The notes beneath the pieces are model-generated. The model was not told the origin of the DNA. It worked only from the letters and a program-made list of their open reading frames with translations, and made no database searches. A program made the translations under genes and the position numbers. From a virus (lineage: Duplodnaviria > Caudoviricetes), in the IMG/VR virus record IMGVR_UViG_3300032288_001098, positions 1 through 61,273 of that record: DNA of 61,273 nt; one strand, 5' to 3'. The first letter of the stretch is position 1. Every line of letters starts with the position of its first letter. Shown in pieces: positions 10,701 through 19,292 of this stretch.

Positions 10701-10802
10701 ACTGCCGACAAACCCAAAGATTTGCTCTTGGGTTGCACCCTCTGGAGCTTCAACCTTGTAAATGTTGCCGTCTGGAGCCTGTACCGTGTAGATCGGCATC
10801 AT
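1695..10802 (-). CDS. Giant polyvalent (DarB-like, probably injected) protein: zincin HExxH, HhH/glycosylase-like, ART-like x2, ParB-like and LPD38-like C-terminal domains
   Basis: 3035-aa ORF; RHESLHAL; GPKLGAFYANL..TMDLW; VFYHAT..AIFLAD..GFDAF..YAVYKPEQLKS; ITGHEGRHRM; C-terminal NFNRKG..PFLNARMQG..IPIPFEVG. Confidence 0.8.
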   Translation of the reverse strand: MMPIYTVQAPDGNIYKVEAPEGATQEQIFGFVGSQMAMRQRAPESAGFNLGDLAASFAQSAYGSTQALTDVFGAGNVASRALEERVRASQAGMSVARQAELARQQERLKRAEASGSALEEAKAVLQNIAEAPLQSAAQALGSFAPYIPTMFLGPAAGVLGLGARATAAATNVAKAAPAVIGTAQGAGAVKGAIYDAVYEAERKDGVGEEEARAKAEAAQSYAGNNIDQILLGSGAGYVAGRFGAERLLTPGAAAKASQSVAGRIATAAATDVPTEAFQGGQERLAANLALQREGRDVPTFEGVAGQATQEGLLGLLGSAPVAALRGPDVEALRQEAIKKQQAEFEAEKARALAEMAARPPEPEKPIELPQGYKVMREELGREVGPESYGIFVEGQETPLTTVASEQQALQKIESFKEIRESERETLVEQMEKLNDGIQKTRDRIDYLEATGKTADPEYTKLKTALPDQELAAETKARELAEQVQQLGAPLTFAPIGQKETVREQYNVLSPTNEPLGTFATAGEAEASVRGIIGDEPFKQAEMKKQRDERIVALEQQLVPKLKQFGLQDVGLKVVESIENNAGGAYLNKLIRVAYDEANPLQTMRHESLHALKDLGFFTPQQWKALNERAEKQWVQELKNVPFSEGKSRHDAYVEMFTQEGEAKGLSGQQLQNYVRETLNEEAIADAFGAYDRGATPPPGMIAALFKRLKNFFLNFGQALRGAGFESADDIFQRVERGELRGRKPAEAEEKLSLAPKGIPQKIWDLHEKVIKADDEASGRVGRPQGISPGAAKRNQTMTFRRLNQAVMDFVGGDEQKANDLMVKMNEESSRRGREAEEKAEEVIDAKQKYSLAGAGVNRSTRNLMEQTAGFAQIALGLKTDKVKGATGANNVRDVGKALNQYTTDHFGAIDKSNPTAQDVEDLAKAVADEVGYQLRASAKTGTGLGWYSNNYPNAVKRLGNRFNELKENKHARSVFSALVAVTSNGEDVTANIKNAIRLYSDLRQGKPLVPVSSRRADALTNNLVQIQSLLDKHGKGFEEELTKEITVSQMNAYLRSVGEEPSSDYLANTKIPAAAIYFGPKLGAFYANLSGSEGYLTMDLWWTRSINRMRGLLVPQATPNSINTFRELMEMPSATREEVIAATVPFKKKYEQHGYVTDLEFLAGAKEPNKAGYPKWLAKAKRKAGPAFEQLMLEHRLEKLGNTIYKNEYEMLKEDPFNSSDRKFMYDVARKAQKNLRSEGIDLSLADIQAALWYYEKRLYAKLTGREADDIGYEEAIIAQSTESDRREGPSVVFDEQPDRRDESRGKGAVPDESGRVDASKLSLKKGIVAEVAPNPDHISAELWREMTPQERIDATKAVASKIMLGVFSELGLRGYSYQFSSGKYEGELNPNIIVEAPEDATIQELDELARVLGYVLDQKAMVTFDENNKTSGSQAGFVQVVIPNGMKESDVNELRNHIARSVPQAGGDTLRNGSLFFGNFSAYDDRVDTLTDKQYHQAIVDAINEFDYVGDIEVYEPMRFHSDLVEASKREDYLEGTRYGERDTQDLQAERDTVRGQGRKRLEAIAESAIALRDRWIDARGAARQRGGERGNEIRVGDAQAEYGTPRANSVSAVGVHFSKQQRPIISTAFYGSGLRGMERDRLMEPKNSDIRSRAYFYVDKGRGIIPESGVGGVPHVIKLNNLYDVLKDPLGIVKRANGETAEERRNNWERGVKEAGFDGYLLNDPLQHNGYAVLVGKHDVKTSKSATRYSLKGVAFPSVKAVKEAVAKTEVPTTREFRLFNGANRWLDKDGKAKVFYHATAREFFEFTPAGQSQAIFLADTPEEAETFGSIAEDRLRREIYKALNKAEKLDFFQRVVDEEVKKGSISEREGTDFIKQANRKVPDYGDFGDIEAQVYAALLDLSPTRMSIMPLYARAETPFDFENSDHVNLVMDWVARNTQIPQDFPEKWLAGMKGRISQGLWQAIEDKRVQQAIRALGFDAFTVRENRASPKNYAVYKPEQLKSVTGNLGDYGLETKDIRYSLKNVRYSDNRFEKLWNESMYTQNDAENKTKGYLAFVDPMDFVRATASPETFERLLQEQEPLDPERMRNYDQVPFLSVSEKNGEWKITGHEGRHRMLALHGAGYNEVPIYIHLRAEDAKSIPVKMLTAQYPDSVSSVLMAAEVEPLSYANKDKAMEKFTRMSSKVKYSLPAIPKAMETRIGETTFRREPEGFFERMTEAISPKNFSYFRQRVLNQYNQLGVYDRKLVEQMGGKELLADQSAEAAALMSDLGAGVAASAMGFGDRNGGIPVYKNGVTTIDRSKKGLIAILQPLARYGDPKIYQYYQYWAMVKRGVRLNAEGKETGIDNTDVQYAKYLQDKFPEFVTVQKEFIEFNNGLVKYARDTGVISEQNAEAFMRYADYVPFYRQMDGETTVGPNIFQSIAGVKPPKKLKGGTAPLADFLETAVRNTQSMIQAGVKNAAAQRAVGVVTKVKAPGMGAERLDHDANGPDVFHVLENGKRVSYRTPDALLIDAISSLHLNEIPGLGIIAAPANALRNLVTKDPGFMMANLMRDSLSAWVTSGQKMTPIAGTVINFGKALAKKSKGYEALLDAGVIGGYEFSQNIERSGRQLEEDLSEKAGKKAPLVLRPFKSLWGALERGTEASDAATRALVYERVLNDTGNEAEALFRALEVMNFNRKGNSPLVRILTAGVPFLNARMQGLDLFYRASTGNMNMADKAAIQRKFWLRGSTMMAISAYYWMMVHDEDDYKSQEQETKDNNWIIPSLGIRIPIPFEVGVLFKTIPERIMAYSFGNDTGKDFTESMKRNFMSTFAFNPIPQVVKPVLETAFNFNPFTWRQIVGQGMQDVAAEYQVGPGTSKIAKAIGENLGLSPMKVDHIIKGYTGTMGMYAIDTIDYIMDQFGDSPKAAKRFEQMPVIKRFAVDPAARGTVTAYYEMKDSVDTTVRTMNLLERTMEPEKFAQYVQDNLGPLAVKDYIRDLEKTMKELREMRVVIQSSTMSAEEKRDGLLTINQAENNLTKNIQEVKKAIASLK

Positions 10803-10807
10803 TTACC

Positions 10808-13135
10808 TCATTGTGATGGTTGTACGCCCAACATCTTAAAACCAGTGTAGGGCTGCGCTGGTGGTGATGTTACCCCAGAGGGCTGACCTCCGCCAAGGGA
10901 GCCATACAAATCGCGGATCATTTGCTGGCGCTGGGCTTCCATCTGCGCAACCATCGGATCGTTGGGGTTTCCGGCCTTCAGTGCAGGAAGAATTTTGAAC
11001 TGCTCATCAATCTTGCGTAAGCCTTCTGCAAGTTTTACATTTCTTCCGGCCTCTGTCCGCATAGAAACGCCAGTATTTTGAATTTCTGCCGCCTTGGTCA
11101 ACAGCGACTCTGCACTTGCGCTTGGGGCCTCTTTGCGCAGCTGCTCGTAGATACCCATGATGCCGGTTTGAGAGCGACCCATAGATTCCCGATGCCGCCG
11201 CTCTTCAGAAGCCAGACGATCCTTCTGGAGCTGAATGTCTTGCATCTTCCCGGCAATGTTCATGGCCGCAGTGCGATCATCCTTGCGCAGAGCCATCTCG
11301 TACTTGGCCTGCTCGATTTGCAGCTGTGCGTTTAAACGATCCATTGCACGCTTCTCGGCCTCGTACTTCTCTTTGTGAGCCACAAGCTCAGGAGCTGCGG
11401 CAGAAATGGAACTCAGAAGATTTGCTCCCGGGCGGGATGCTGCTTGTGCCATCGCAAGACCAAACTTGATCATGGCATCGTTGCGGTCGTACTCAGGAAG
11501 TTTGTTCATCTTCCCGATTGCGTCCCTGATGCCTTTTAAAGCCTCGTTGTCCTCGTTTTTGAACTGGGCAAACAGACGCTGATAATCAGAGATTAGATCG
11601 CTGCGATTGACTTGAGTTTGTGAAGCCACCGCTGTTGCAACCTTGGTCGCCGCACTCTTCTCAGAGCGGGTGAGCTTGGGTTCTGGCTTTGCTTGAGCGG
11701 CCTCAAGCCTGCGCAGGTCGGCCTGCTCAAACCTCGGAGCGGGAGCTGCCGAGGGGCGTGGAGGGGCGGGCGGTGCTGGAGGCTCTTCAAAAGCCGCGCT
11801 AAATTCAGGGCCGACCCCACTTGGGTCTCCTCCGTTGGAAAAACGCATCACGCCGCCCTCTGCGGCAGACACTACCCGCTGCTGGGTTTGTTGGGGGAGA
11901 GCGTTAAACGCACTGCCCATCCCGCGACGCAGCGAGGCACGCTGTGCCAGCTCTTGCTCGATGAGCTGTAAACGGGCCATGTCCTGCTTGGCCATAGCTG
12001 CCTGACGAGCCTGCATCAATTGCTGATCAGACAGATCGTCAAGATAGCTCTCCACAGCCTCATCGCTGGTAACAGAGCCGCCCTCGGCAAACATCCTGCC
12101 AAATCCTGCAAGGGCAGTGCCAAGACCGGCCACCTGCCCGCTAAAACTTGGGGGCTGCTGATATGTATAAATGTTTGATTGCCCCAAGCCTTGGGTGCCG
12201 CGCAGCAGGTCGGACATGAATCCGAGCTGTTTAAATTTCATGTTTTGGGCGTTCAAGAAATCTTGATAGTCAGCATTAAGCATGTTTTGAACTTGCTGCT
12301 GCTGTTGCTGACCAAGCTGATTTTGTAAACCTATGGTTCCAACCTGTTGGCCGTAAATGTTTTGTCCAATGCCGCCAAGCTGACCAGCACCAGCGATTGC
12401 GGCCTGAAGACCCTGAAGCCCAAGACCTGCGCCATACTGGCGTGATTGCTCTCCAAGCTGGGCTGCTGCCTGTCTGGCCGCTTGCTCCGCATTGAACTGA
12501 CCTATCGCCTGCTGATAGGCTTCTTGCGAACCACGGGCTTGGATGTCGCCCAACTGGGTAGCAAGGTTGCGCTGTGCTTCGGCATTCTCTATGGCTTGGC
12601 GGGCACCCCCAAAGGCTCCTGCACGGGCAAACTCTGCGCCACGGCGGGTCTTGGCAATATCTGCGCCCCTCTGGGCCTCTCGCTTTTGAATGTCCACCAC
12701 ATTTTGCATGTAGGGAGACATGTACTGCTGCGCTGTACCGGGTTGAGTAAAACTCTGCGCCTGATACTGCAATGGGTCAAACCTTGTCTGCCCAGCCGCC
12801 ATAGCGGCATTTCTTGCAATAGTGGAAGCGTCATACATCTGCTGGGGACTGCCGAGCATTCCCGCTTGCTGAAAGGCGTATTGCTGTAGCGGGGTAAATT
12901 GAGCGAAGCGTTCGCCCAAGTACTGCTGATAAGGTTTAAACCCGGCGGGGGTAGGTGTACCTTGTCCAGCAGAAACGATTTCGCCCTTGTCATTTCGGTA
13001 AATGATGTTGCCCTGCGAGTCCTTTTCGTAGTCAAATATCTCGCCAGCACCGAGGCCCAGCAGGTCTTCAACATACCTTCGGGCGTACTCGGGGATGGAG
13101 GTTTGATATTGAACAACGCTTGACGGTTCAGCCAT
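10808..13135 (-). CDS. Internal virion / DNA ejection protein
   Basis: 775 aa, Q/A/G-rich helical, YMSPYMQNVV..AGAFGGARQAI motif, located next to the giant protein. Confidence 0.65.
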   Translation of the reverse strand: MAEPSSVVQYQTSIPEYARRYVEDLLGLGAGEIFDYEKDSQGNIIYRNDKGEIVSAGQGTPTPAGFKPYQQYLGERFAQFTPLQQYAFQQAGMLGSPQQMYDASTIARNAAMAAGQTRFDPLQYQAQSFTQPGTAQQYMSPYMQNVVDIQKREAQRGADIAKTRRGAEFARAGAFGGARQAIENAEAQRNLATQLGDIQARGSQEAYQQAIGQFNAEQAARQAAAQLGEQSRQYGAGLGLQGLQAAIAGAGQLGGIGQNIYGQQVGTIGLQNQLGQQQQQQVQNMLNADYQDFLNAQNMKFKQLGFMSDLLRGTQGLGQSNIYTYQQPPSFSGQVAGLGTALAGFGRMFAEGGSVTSDEAVESYLDDLSDQQLMQARQAAMAKQDMARLQLIEQELAQRASLRRGMGSAFNALPQQTQQRVVSAAEGGVMRFSNGGDPSGVGPEFSAAFEEPPAPPAPPRPSAAPAPRFEQADLRRLEAAQAKPEPKLTRSEKSAATKVATAVASQTQVNRSDLISDYQRLFAQFKNEDNEALKGIRDAIGKMNKLPEYDRNDAMIKFGLAMAQAASRPGANLLSSISAAAPELVAHKEKYEAEKRAMDRLNAQLQIEQAKYEMALRKDDRTAAMNIAGKMQDIQLQKDRLASEERRHRESMGRSQTGIMGIYEQLRKEAPSASAESLLTKAAEIQNTGVSMRTEAGRNVKLAEGLRKIDEQFKILPALKAGNPNDPMVAQMEAQRQQMIRDLYGSLGGGQPSGVTSPPAQPYTGFKMLGVQPSQ

Positions 13136-13145
13136 GTTTTTCCCC

Positions 13146-15917
13146 TTATGCCGGGAGGTGTTTATCTGCGCGGGAGTTCACGGCCACCCGACCTCTGCCT
13201 GTTGTTTTGCCACGAGCCTTTTGGACGCGATCCATCATGGCGTACAGCTTGCGTGCGCCAGCTTCTGTGGAGCCATTACCAAGCTCAGAAACGATCCGGG
13301 CAGGGACTACAAACTCACCATCGGCCAGACGGGCCGGACGGCGGTCAGCGATAGTGGCAGGGATGCTGTCAGATACACCATCACCGGGACCGCGCAGAAG
13401 CCTGCCGCCATCGGAGTAGCCGCCAAGGGAGCTGATGCCACCAAGAGCGTAGCGATGCAAGAGACCGCCATGTTTGGCCCCAGAGCTGGCCACGCCAGCA
13501 GAGTCACCAGCGCCCCCAGAAGCACTACCACCCGCAGATGGCCCACCTTCGCCTATCCCAACACCGGCTACACCGCCGCCACCCTCTACGGCTGTTAATC
13601 CCATGCTCTCGACAGGAGCCGCATCTTGCTGACCAATAATCGCGGAAATCAAGCCATTGGTTATGGAGTTTGAATCTCCCTGTACACCCGATGTTGTAGG
13701 ACTGAAACCATCAACGGTAGCCCCTGCATTGCCCGCAGCATCATAAAAATACTCTCCGCCCGTAGCGCCGCCACTTCCTGTTGCGGGAGCCTTCTCCCAC
13801 ATACCTTTTGAAGATTCCCATGCCCATCTCATTCCCGGGCCGGGGTCTTCTTTTGGCGGGTTGTAGGGGTCGGTGTACTTGGAAATATCGCCAACAGCAA
13901 TAATGTTGCCGTTGCGGTTGATAAAGTACGGGCCATCGCCAGTGCTGCCGCCATCTGCATATGAACGCATGATGCCGCCATTTGCAGCAAACTGATTGAT
14001 AAAGTTACCACCATCTGGGGTGAATATGTTTCCCGGCGGTGATGTGTTTGTCATGACGGGACGCGATTTCCACATCATGTTGACGGTGTCCCAGAACCAC
14101 TCCATACCCGGGCCGGGGTTGACTGTCGGCCTTTGATTTGGATTGGTAAAGGTGGTTGGGGTGCCGCCACCTTGCGTTGTGATAGTGCTGTCCCCACGGC
14201 GAATGTAATACTCACCGCGTCTTTCGGGGTAGTACGCCTGCATGGGCGATGTCTGCCACACTTTGGTGCCAGTGCTGCCTTTACCAAACAAAGCGTTATA
14301 CGCCTCCAAAGAGCGACCTGACATCAAATCCTCCGGCTTGCCCGGACCCGTTATGACCGGCGGCTGATATGGCGGCTGGCCCGGAGGGGGCGTAGTCGGC
14401 GGTCCCGAAGGAGGTGGCGACGGTGGAATTGGACCCGGAGGGCCAATTGGAGGACCACCCGGAGGAGGAGGCGGGGGCGCAACTGGAGGACCACCCGGAA
14501 TGGTTGGGCGAGGTGCGGGTGGTGTACCGCCCGGGCCAGTTACATAGCCTGCTTTAATGTCTCCCTCACCTCTTTTCCTCCAAAATTCCTCTGTTTCGGC
14601 TCTTTTTTGAGCCTGCTTTTCACGCCAATTGGGATCAAGCCATTCTGCAACCCCACGTTTTTTAGCGCCTTCCTGCATATCCTTGTATTCTTTGAATGTC
14701 TGATCAGAAATGTCAAACGGATTGAAGGTTGGGTCTTCTGGAAGCAAAGCGTTAGAAGTTCCGAGCAGTCCATACTGACCCCTGCGCCAATCAAGATACG
14801 CAGCGACTTCTGGGTCACGCTCATACATTCGTTTTCTTGCTTCGTCAATTTCTGACTGAGGAATCGCAGACACATTTGCCCTGTACTCAAGCGAGTCTTG
14901 TGATGCTCTCGGCAGTTGGCCTGCATAAACTCTTTTATTGACCTCGTTTTGGGCAACTCGCATGGCATTGTTCAGGTCAGAGACTTTAAACTGCGGAAGT
15001 GCCTGATTGATTTGCGCGGCAGAGTAGCCGGAAGTGACAAGAAAGTTTTGAAGGTCTTGCTCAGAAGCCTTGCCTTGGTTGGCCTCCCACCACTCTTGGA
15101 TTCTTTGGGCAGACCCGGCTTGACCGCCATCCGCAAAAGCAACCGCACCGCCATTTGCAAGAGCCGCAGTTAAACCACCAGCTTTGCCGCCGGGAGGTCT
15201 TGTACCAAGTTTGTACGGGGTAAGAGCCCTTGCTCGACCGTATGGGTCTACATCAAAAGTTCTCATGTATTGGTTGATCTCGGGCATACCTGTTATTGTT
15301 TTTGGCTGCTCCATTAAAGAAGGAACAGCCGCCATATAGGCTGCTCTTGCCAATCCTTTGCCGCCGCCCATGCTTTGCGCAAAAGCAGACGGATTATTCA
15401 TAGCCGCCGATACACTTTGCCCAAGACGGTCCATAAAAGGCTGGGCCGCAAAATCAGCAGCGCCCCTTCTTGCCGCTTCTTGCAAAATTTGACCCGTAGC
15501 CTCTTCCCCGCCTGTTTGAGCAAGAATTGCCGCATTCTCTGCCGCAGAGGAGCCCAAGGAACTCAAACCCGCTCCCAATGATGCGCCGCCATAAGCACCA
15601 AGACCTGCCATCAGGCCGCGACCCAGATCGCCGGTGCGAAGAGCCTCGACGCCGCCAACAGCCAAACCTGCTCCCATAGCACTTGAGAAAATGCCAAACC
15701 CAGCGGGGCCAAGCGCGAACCCAGCAATCATGGGCAGCAGCTTTTTCAGACTGAACGCTTCAGGTAACCCGGTCTCAGGGTTAATGGTCAGGGACATCCC
15801 ATGTTTTTCTGCCAGCTTTTGCAAGGCAGCAACCTCAACAGGGGACATGTGAACGAGGGTCGAGTCGCCAAAACGACCTTGATGCGAAAGGTGCTGGGCG
15901 GCAAGCTGTAGGCTCAT
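13146..15917 (-). CDS. Internal virion protein with proline-rich segment
   Basis: 923 aa; N-terminal GRFGDSTLVHM..INPETGLPEAF; C-terminal GPGDGVSDSIPA..LADGEFVVPA. Confidence 0.65.
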   Translation of the reverse strand: MSLQLAAQHLSHQGRFGDSTLVHMSPVEVAALQKLAEKHGMSLTINPETGLPEAFSLKKLLPMIAGFALGPAGFGIFSSAMGAGLAVGGVEALRTGDLGRGLMAGLGAYGGASLGAGLSSLGSSAAENAAILAQTGGEEATGQILQEAARRGAADFAAQPFMDRLGQSVSAAMNNPSAFAQSMGGGKGLARAAYMAAVPSLMEQPKTITGMPEINQYMRTFDVDPYGRARALTPYKLGTRPPGGKAGGLTAALANGGAVAFADGGQAGSAQRIQEWWEANQGKASEQDLQNFLVTSGYSAAQINQALPQFKVSDLNNAMRVAQNEVNKRVYAGQLPRASQDSLEYRANVSAIPQSEIDEARKRMYERDPEVAAYLDWRRGQYGLLGTSNALLPEDPTFNPFDISDQTFKEYKDMQEGAKKRGVAEWLDPNWREKQAQKRAETEEFWRKRGEGDIKAGYVTGPGGTPPAPRPTIPGGPPVAPPPPPPGGPPIGPPGPIPPSPPPSGPPTTPPPGQPPYQPPVITGPGKPEDLMSGRSLEAYNALFGKGSTGTKVWQTSPMQAYYPERRGEYYIRRGDSTITTQGGGTPTTFTNPNQRPTVNPGPGMEWFWDTVNMMWKSRPVMTNTSPPGNIFTPDGGNFINQFAANGGIMRSYADGGSTGDGPYFINRNGNIIAVGDISKYTDPYNPPKEDPGPGMRWAWESSKGMWEKAPATGSGGATGGEYFYDAAGNAGATVDGFSPTTSGVQGDSNSITNGLISAIIGQQDAAPVESMGLTAVEGGGGVAGVGIGEGGPSAGGSASGGAGDSAGVASSGAKHGGLLHRYALGGISSLGGYSDGGRLLRGPGDGVSDSIPATIADRRPARLADGEFVVPARIVSELGNGSTEAGARKLYAMMDRVQKARGKTTGRGRVAVNSRADKHLPA

Positions 15918-15945
15918 ATTTGCCTCTCAATACAGGGGTGTTTAA

Positions 15946-15974
15946 ATGGTATCACGGGGATGCTTTCGGGGCAA
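15946..15974 (-). promoter_or_regulatory. Sigma70-like promoter for the internal-protein genes
   Basis: TTGCCC-17 nt-TACCAT with TG extension in the gap before 15917. Confidence 0.5.
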
Positions 15975-17366
15975 TCACTGCGTCAGGTCGTAGAAGGTGA
16001 TGGAGCCAACGCCGTCGCCCGTTGTGGCACCAGAGATGGTTCTCACCCCCAAGGTGTAAATATCACTCACACCAGCCAGAGATACGCCAAGCTGCTGATC
16101 CCAGTTGAAGCCTGTCGGAGCCACGGTGTCTGCCTGTCCGCCGCCCCCGGAGCTTGAGATATAGCCGGTCTGAACAATCGTGCCTGCGGTGGCAATCGCC
16201 GTGGCGGCAACATCAAACTCCACATTGCTGTCGCTGGGTACTGTTGCGGCCCATGTGGCTCCCGTGAGGACTGGGTTTTTGATCAGCGCAATCTCGTAGT
16301 TTTGCAGCGTTGTTGGCTGAAACTGGATGCGGTTGGGAATCACCACAGCCCCCAGTGCAGAGGATGCCAGCCGGATTGAGACCACCGGCAGGAAGTTGGC
16401 CGCTGTGTTTATGGTCCCCAATACTGTGGTGCGCCGCGCCACATGCTCAATGGATATGGCTTCAAAGCCGCCTTCAGATATTACAGAAGAGCAAATTTGG
16501 GTGAGCGTGGCAGCAACTGCGGCGGTTGTTGTGGTGATTTCGTAGCGCACCGGCAGGATGGCGGTGGTCATGTACACCGTGGAGCCGTAGACGTTGGCCG
16601 TCTCAAAAGTGTGGCAGACAATGTACTGGCCATTGATGATGAAGCCGCAGCGCACCGAACCCACACCCAGCCACTCAAAGTCCATCCACAGAATCTGTGG
16701 GTGAGACAGATCAAGCGTTAGTCCAGAGGCCCCGGTCCCGTCGAGTTTGTCCCCGTTCCAGTCGGCTTGGTTGGCAAATCGCGCATCGCTTGCAGTTCCA
16801 GTAATGTACGAGCGCAGCACAAACGAGTTAACGCCGCTGGTGCGACGGAAAAACACCCCGTTTTGAGTATTGAAGTACCCGACCTTCTGGTCAAGGTTGG
16901 CAGATGTGCCGGTGTCCATCTTGAATGTGGCCAGCACCAGCAGCCCCTTACCCGGCTGGTAGAGCATGTTGCGGTATGACTGCCGCACCACAGAACCGAC
17001 ACCGCCACCCGTCACAGTCATGCTGACGCTGGACTGGTTGGTGTTGAATGTGGATGACCCGGTGCCCGATGTGGATGTATCAAACTGGTTGTCTGCGGCG
17101 TAACGGCTTTGGCTATCAAACAGGCTGTAGGGCTCACTGACCCGCAGCCGACCAAAGGCATCGACGTTAGTGCCGCCGATGGAGATTGGAAGGGTATCGA
17201 TGTTTGCCACAAGTTGCCCCAGAATGTTGCTCAGTTGGTTGAAGTACAGGCGCAGGACGTTGTTGAACTGTTCCTGATACCGCGAGTCATACTGATACGG
17301 TGCCAGCGGCAGGTTTGGAGGAGCAACCTTGTTGAGATCAAACTCGGTGGTGACAATAAAACTCAT
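15975..17366 (-). CDS. Virion structural/tail protein
   Basis: 463 aa beta-rich; DAFGRLRVS and QILWMDFEWLGVGSVRCGF motifs; structural context. Confidence 0.6.
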   Translation of the reverse strand: MSFIVTTEFDLNKVAPPNLPLAPYQYDSRYQEQFNNVLRLYFNQLSNILGQLVANIDTLPISIGGTNVDAFGRLRVSEPYSLFDSQSRYAADNQFDTSTSGTGSSTFNTNQSSVSMTVTGGGVGSVVRQSYRNMLYQPGKGLLVLATFKMDTGTSANLDQKVGYFNTQNGVFFRRTSGVNSFVLRSYITGTASDARFANQADWNGDKLDGTGASGLTLDLSHPQILWMDFEWLGVGSVRCGFIINGQYIVCHTFETANVYGSTVYMTTAILPVRYEITTTTAAVAATLTQICSSVISEGGFEAISIEHVARRTTVLGTINTAANFLPVVSIRLASSALGAVVIPNRIQFQPTTLQNYEIALIKNPVLTGATWAATVPSDSNVEFDVAATAIATAGTIVQTGYISSSGGGGQADTVAPTGFNWDQQLGVSLAGVSDIYTLGVRTISGATTGDGVGSITFYDLTQ

Positions 17367-19264
17367 CGTCTGCCATCCTGCCTGATGTCAATCCGGGGTG
17401 CGCCAAGCTGCCACGTAGTACCAAGTTGTGTTGATCCAATTCTGAAGATCATCTGCCGCCCGCGCACTCGCGTGTAAATCTGCCCGGTGAACTCCTCGGT
17501 GATCACGTATGTGGTGCCTTTGACCACGGCTTGGCTGGCATTATCAACAGAGCCACTGCCCGAGTTGTACAGGCCGTACAGGGTCATGTTGACCTGCGGC
17601 TGCTGGTTGGTGCTGCTCAGGGTTGAGTTGCTGAATGTCAGGTCGGGAAGAATTCTCCAAACAAAGCCAAAGTTGTGGCCATCACCAATATCAAACTCAG
17701 ACGACGAGATATATGACTCAATAGGAGTAGGAGTGGCTGTGGCATTGTCGTCAATACCGTCTTCATGTTGAACAATGTTGTTTAAATACGTTGCAGCAAT
17801 CGGGAAGTCCAGTAGGCCGGAGTCAAGCCATGCCGTGCGGGCTAAAGTTCCGTAGTACCAAGTGTTCTCCATGTAGTTGTACACCACATACTTGTCCACA
17901 GTGGTGGAGTTGGCCGAACAGTAGAACCACCATACTTCATTGAACCCTTCGTTTGTGCCCGAGAACACCTGAAGGTTCTGATCAAAATTGAAGTCGTTGA
18001 ACACATACCTGCGCAGATCGCAGTTGAGCGTTTGCACGCGACCGTCATACCGGTAGAACTTATCTACCCCCATCCAGAACAAAACACCAGATGCCAAGGC
18101 AACGGAGTTTGGGCTGGTGATCGAGATGTTGTCTCCAAGCAACTGTGAGCCCCAGACAACCGGTGGCCCAAGGTATTGAAGCGAATACACCGCAGAATCG
18201 GTGAATACCACAATCTCCTGACGGGTCTGGATGGCAGTAATGATCTCGGAGCCGTGGGACAGCCGCACACTGCCCGCCTGATTTGTGATGGCTGGTGTCC
18301 AAGTTCCATAATCTTCCTGATCCGACCAGCGAATTAGCATGGGGTCAAGCACCGCAGAGCCGTAATCGTTGGTGCCAAACACAATGACAAAGCGGGATGT
18401 GTCAGACACTGTGAAGTAGTTCTGCACCGATGGGGTATCTGCGTCCCCAACGGTGGTGATATTAAAGCCGGGTGTTCCTGTGCCGCCAGAGAAGTCCCAG
18501 TAGTACAAACCGCCGCCACGGGGGCCATAAAGCAGGTCTTCGCCGTAGTTGTATTGATTCCACAACCGCAGAGGGATTGGATCATTTGCGCTAGTTCCCC
18601 AAACCCCAGAACCCCAGCCACCTGCACCCCATCCAACCAAAGGAACCTGAATCGCGGGCCCCGTGTTGATTTGATAGTACGCTTGGACTGTTGCGCCGCC
18701 GTTGCCAGTGTCAGATGCGTTGGACAAAACCGGCAGGCCAGTGGTTGGGTCTTTCGCCTCAAATGTATAGGTGTTTGCGCTTACAACTGTAATTTGGTAT
18801 TCCTGCTCAAGCACCGCTTCGGTAATGTTTCCGCCCAAACCGCCGGGGCTGGTCACATTGGCAAACCGGACAAAGTCGCCCGTGATACGCCCATGCGCAG
18901 CATCGGTTACTGTGATGGTGGAACTAAATGGTGGAGTTGTAACCGCAGCAAATGGTCCGTTAAGGACAACAGGAGCGCCAGCCTCCAAAGGAGTAATGTC
19001 AAAGTACTGTCCACCCTGACACACATAAAACTTCAAATTGGTTCCAACCCCAACAAGATTGGCCCCGCCAAGGGTCACCCAGTTCCACAGGGAGCGGCAG
19101 ATACCAAGATATGTGTTTGGGTTAAAACGGGTCCATCCACCGATCTTTTCGGGGTTGCCCTGCCGAAAGCGAATCTTGTCGCACTCATACCACCCGCCTT
19201 CGGTGGTGTAGCGGGTGTTTTCTCGGTTGACACCGGGTTTAAACAGAGTTTTCTGGAGTGGCAT
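17363..19264 (-). CDS. Tail nozzle / stabilisation protein (P22 gp10-like role)
   Basis: 633 aa beta-propeller-like, IRWSDQED motif, podovirus gene order. Confidence 0.65.
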   Translation of the reverse strand: MPLQKTLFKPGVNRENTRYTTEGGWYECDKIRFRQGNPEKIGGWTRFNPNTYLGICRSLWNWVTLGGANLVGVGTNLKFYVCQGGQYFDITPLEAGAPVVLNGPFAAVTTPPFSSTITVTDAAHGRITGDFVRFANVTSPGGLGGNITEAVLEQEYQITVVSANTYTFEAKDPTTGLPVLSNASDTGNGGATVQAYYQINTGPAIQVPLVGWGAGGWGSGVWGTSANDPIPLRLWNQYNYGEDLLYGPRGGGLYYWDFSGGTGTPGFNITTVGDADTPSVQNYFTVSDTSRFVIVFGTNDYGSAVLDPMLIRWSDQEDYGTWTPAITNQAGSVRLSHGSEIITAIQTRQEIVVFTDSAVYSLQYLGPPVVWGSQLLGDNISITSPNSVALASGVLFWMGVDKFYRYDGRVQTLNCDLRRYVFNDFNFDQNLQVFSGTNEGFNEVWWFYCSANSTTVDKYVVYNYMENTWYYGTLARTAWLDSGLLDFPIAATYLNNIVQHEDGIDDNATATPTPIESYISSSEFDIGDGHNFGFVWRILPDLTFSNSTLSSTNQQPQVNMTLYGLYNSGSGSVDNASQAVVKGTTYVITEEFTGQIYTRVRGRQMIFRIGSTQLGTTWQLGAPRIDIRQDGRR

Positions 19265-19292
19265 GTGGTACCTCTGAGGTGTATTTTCGCAC

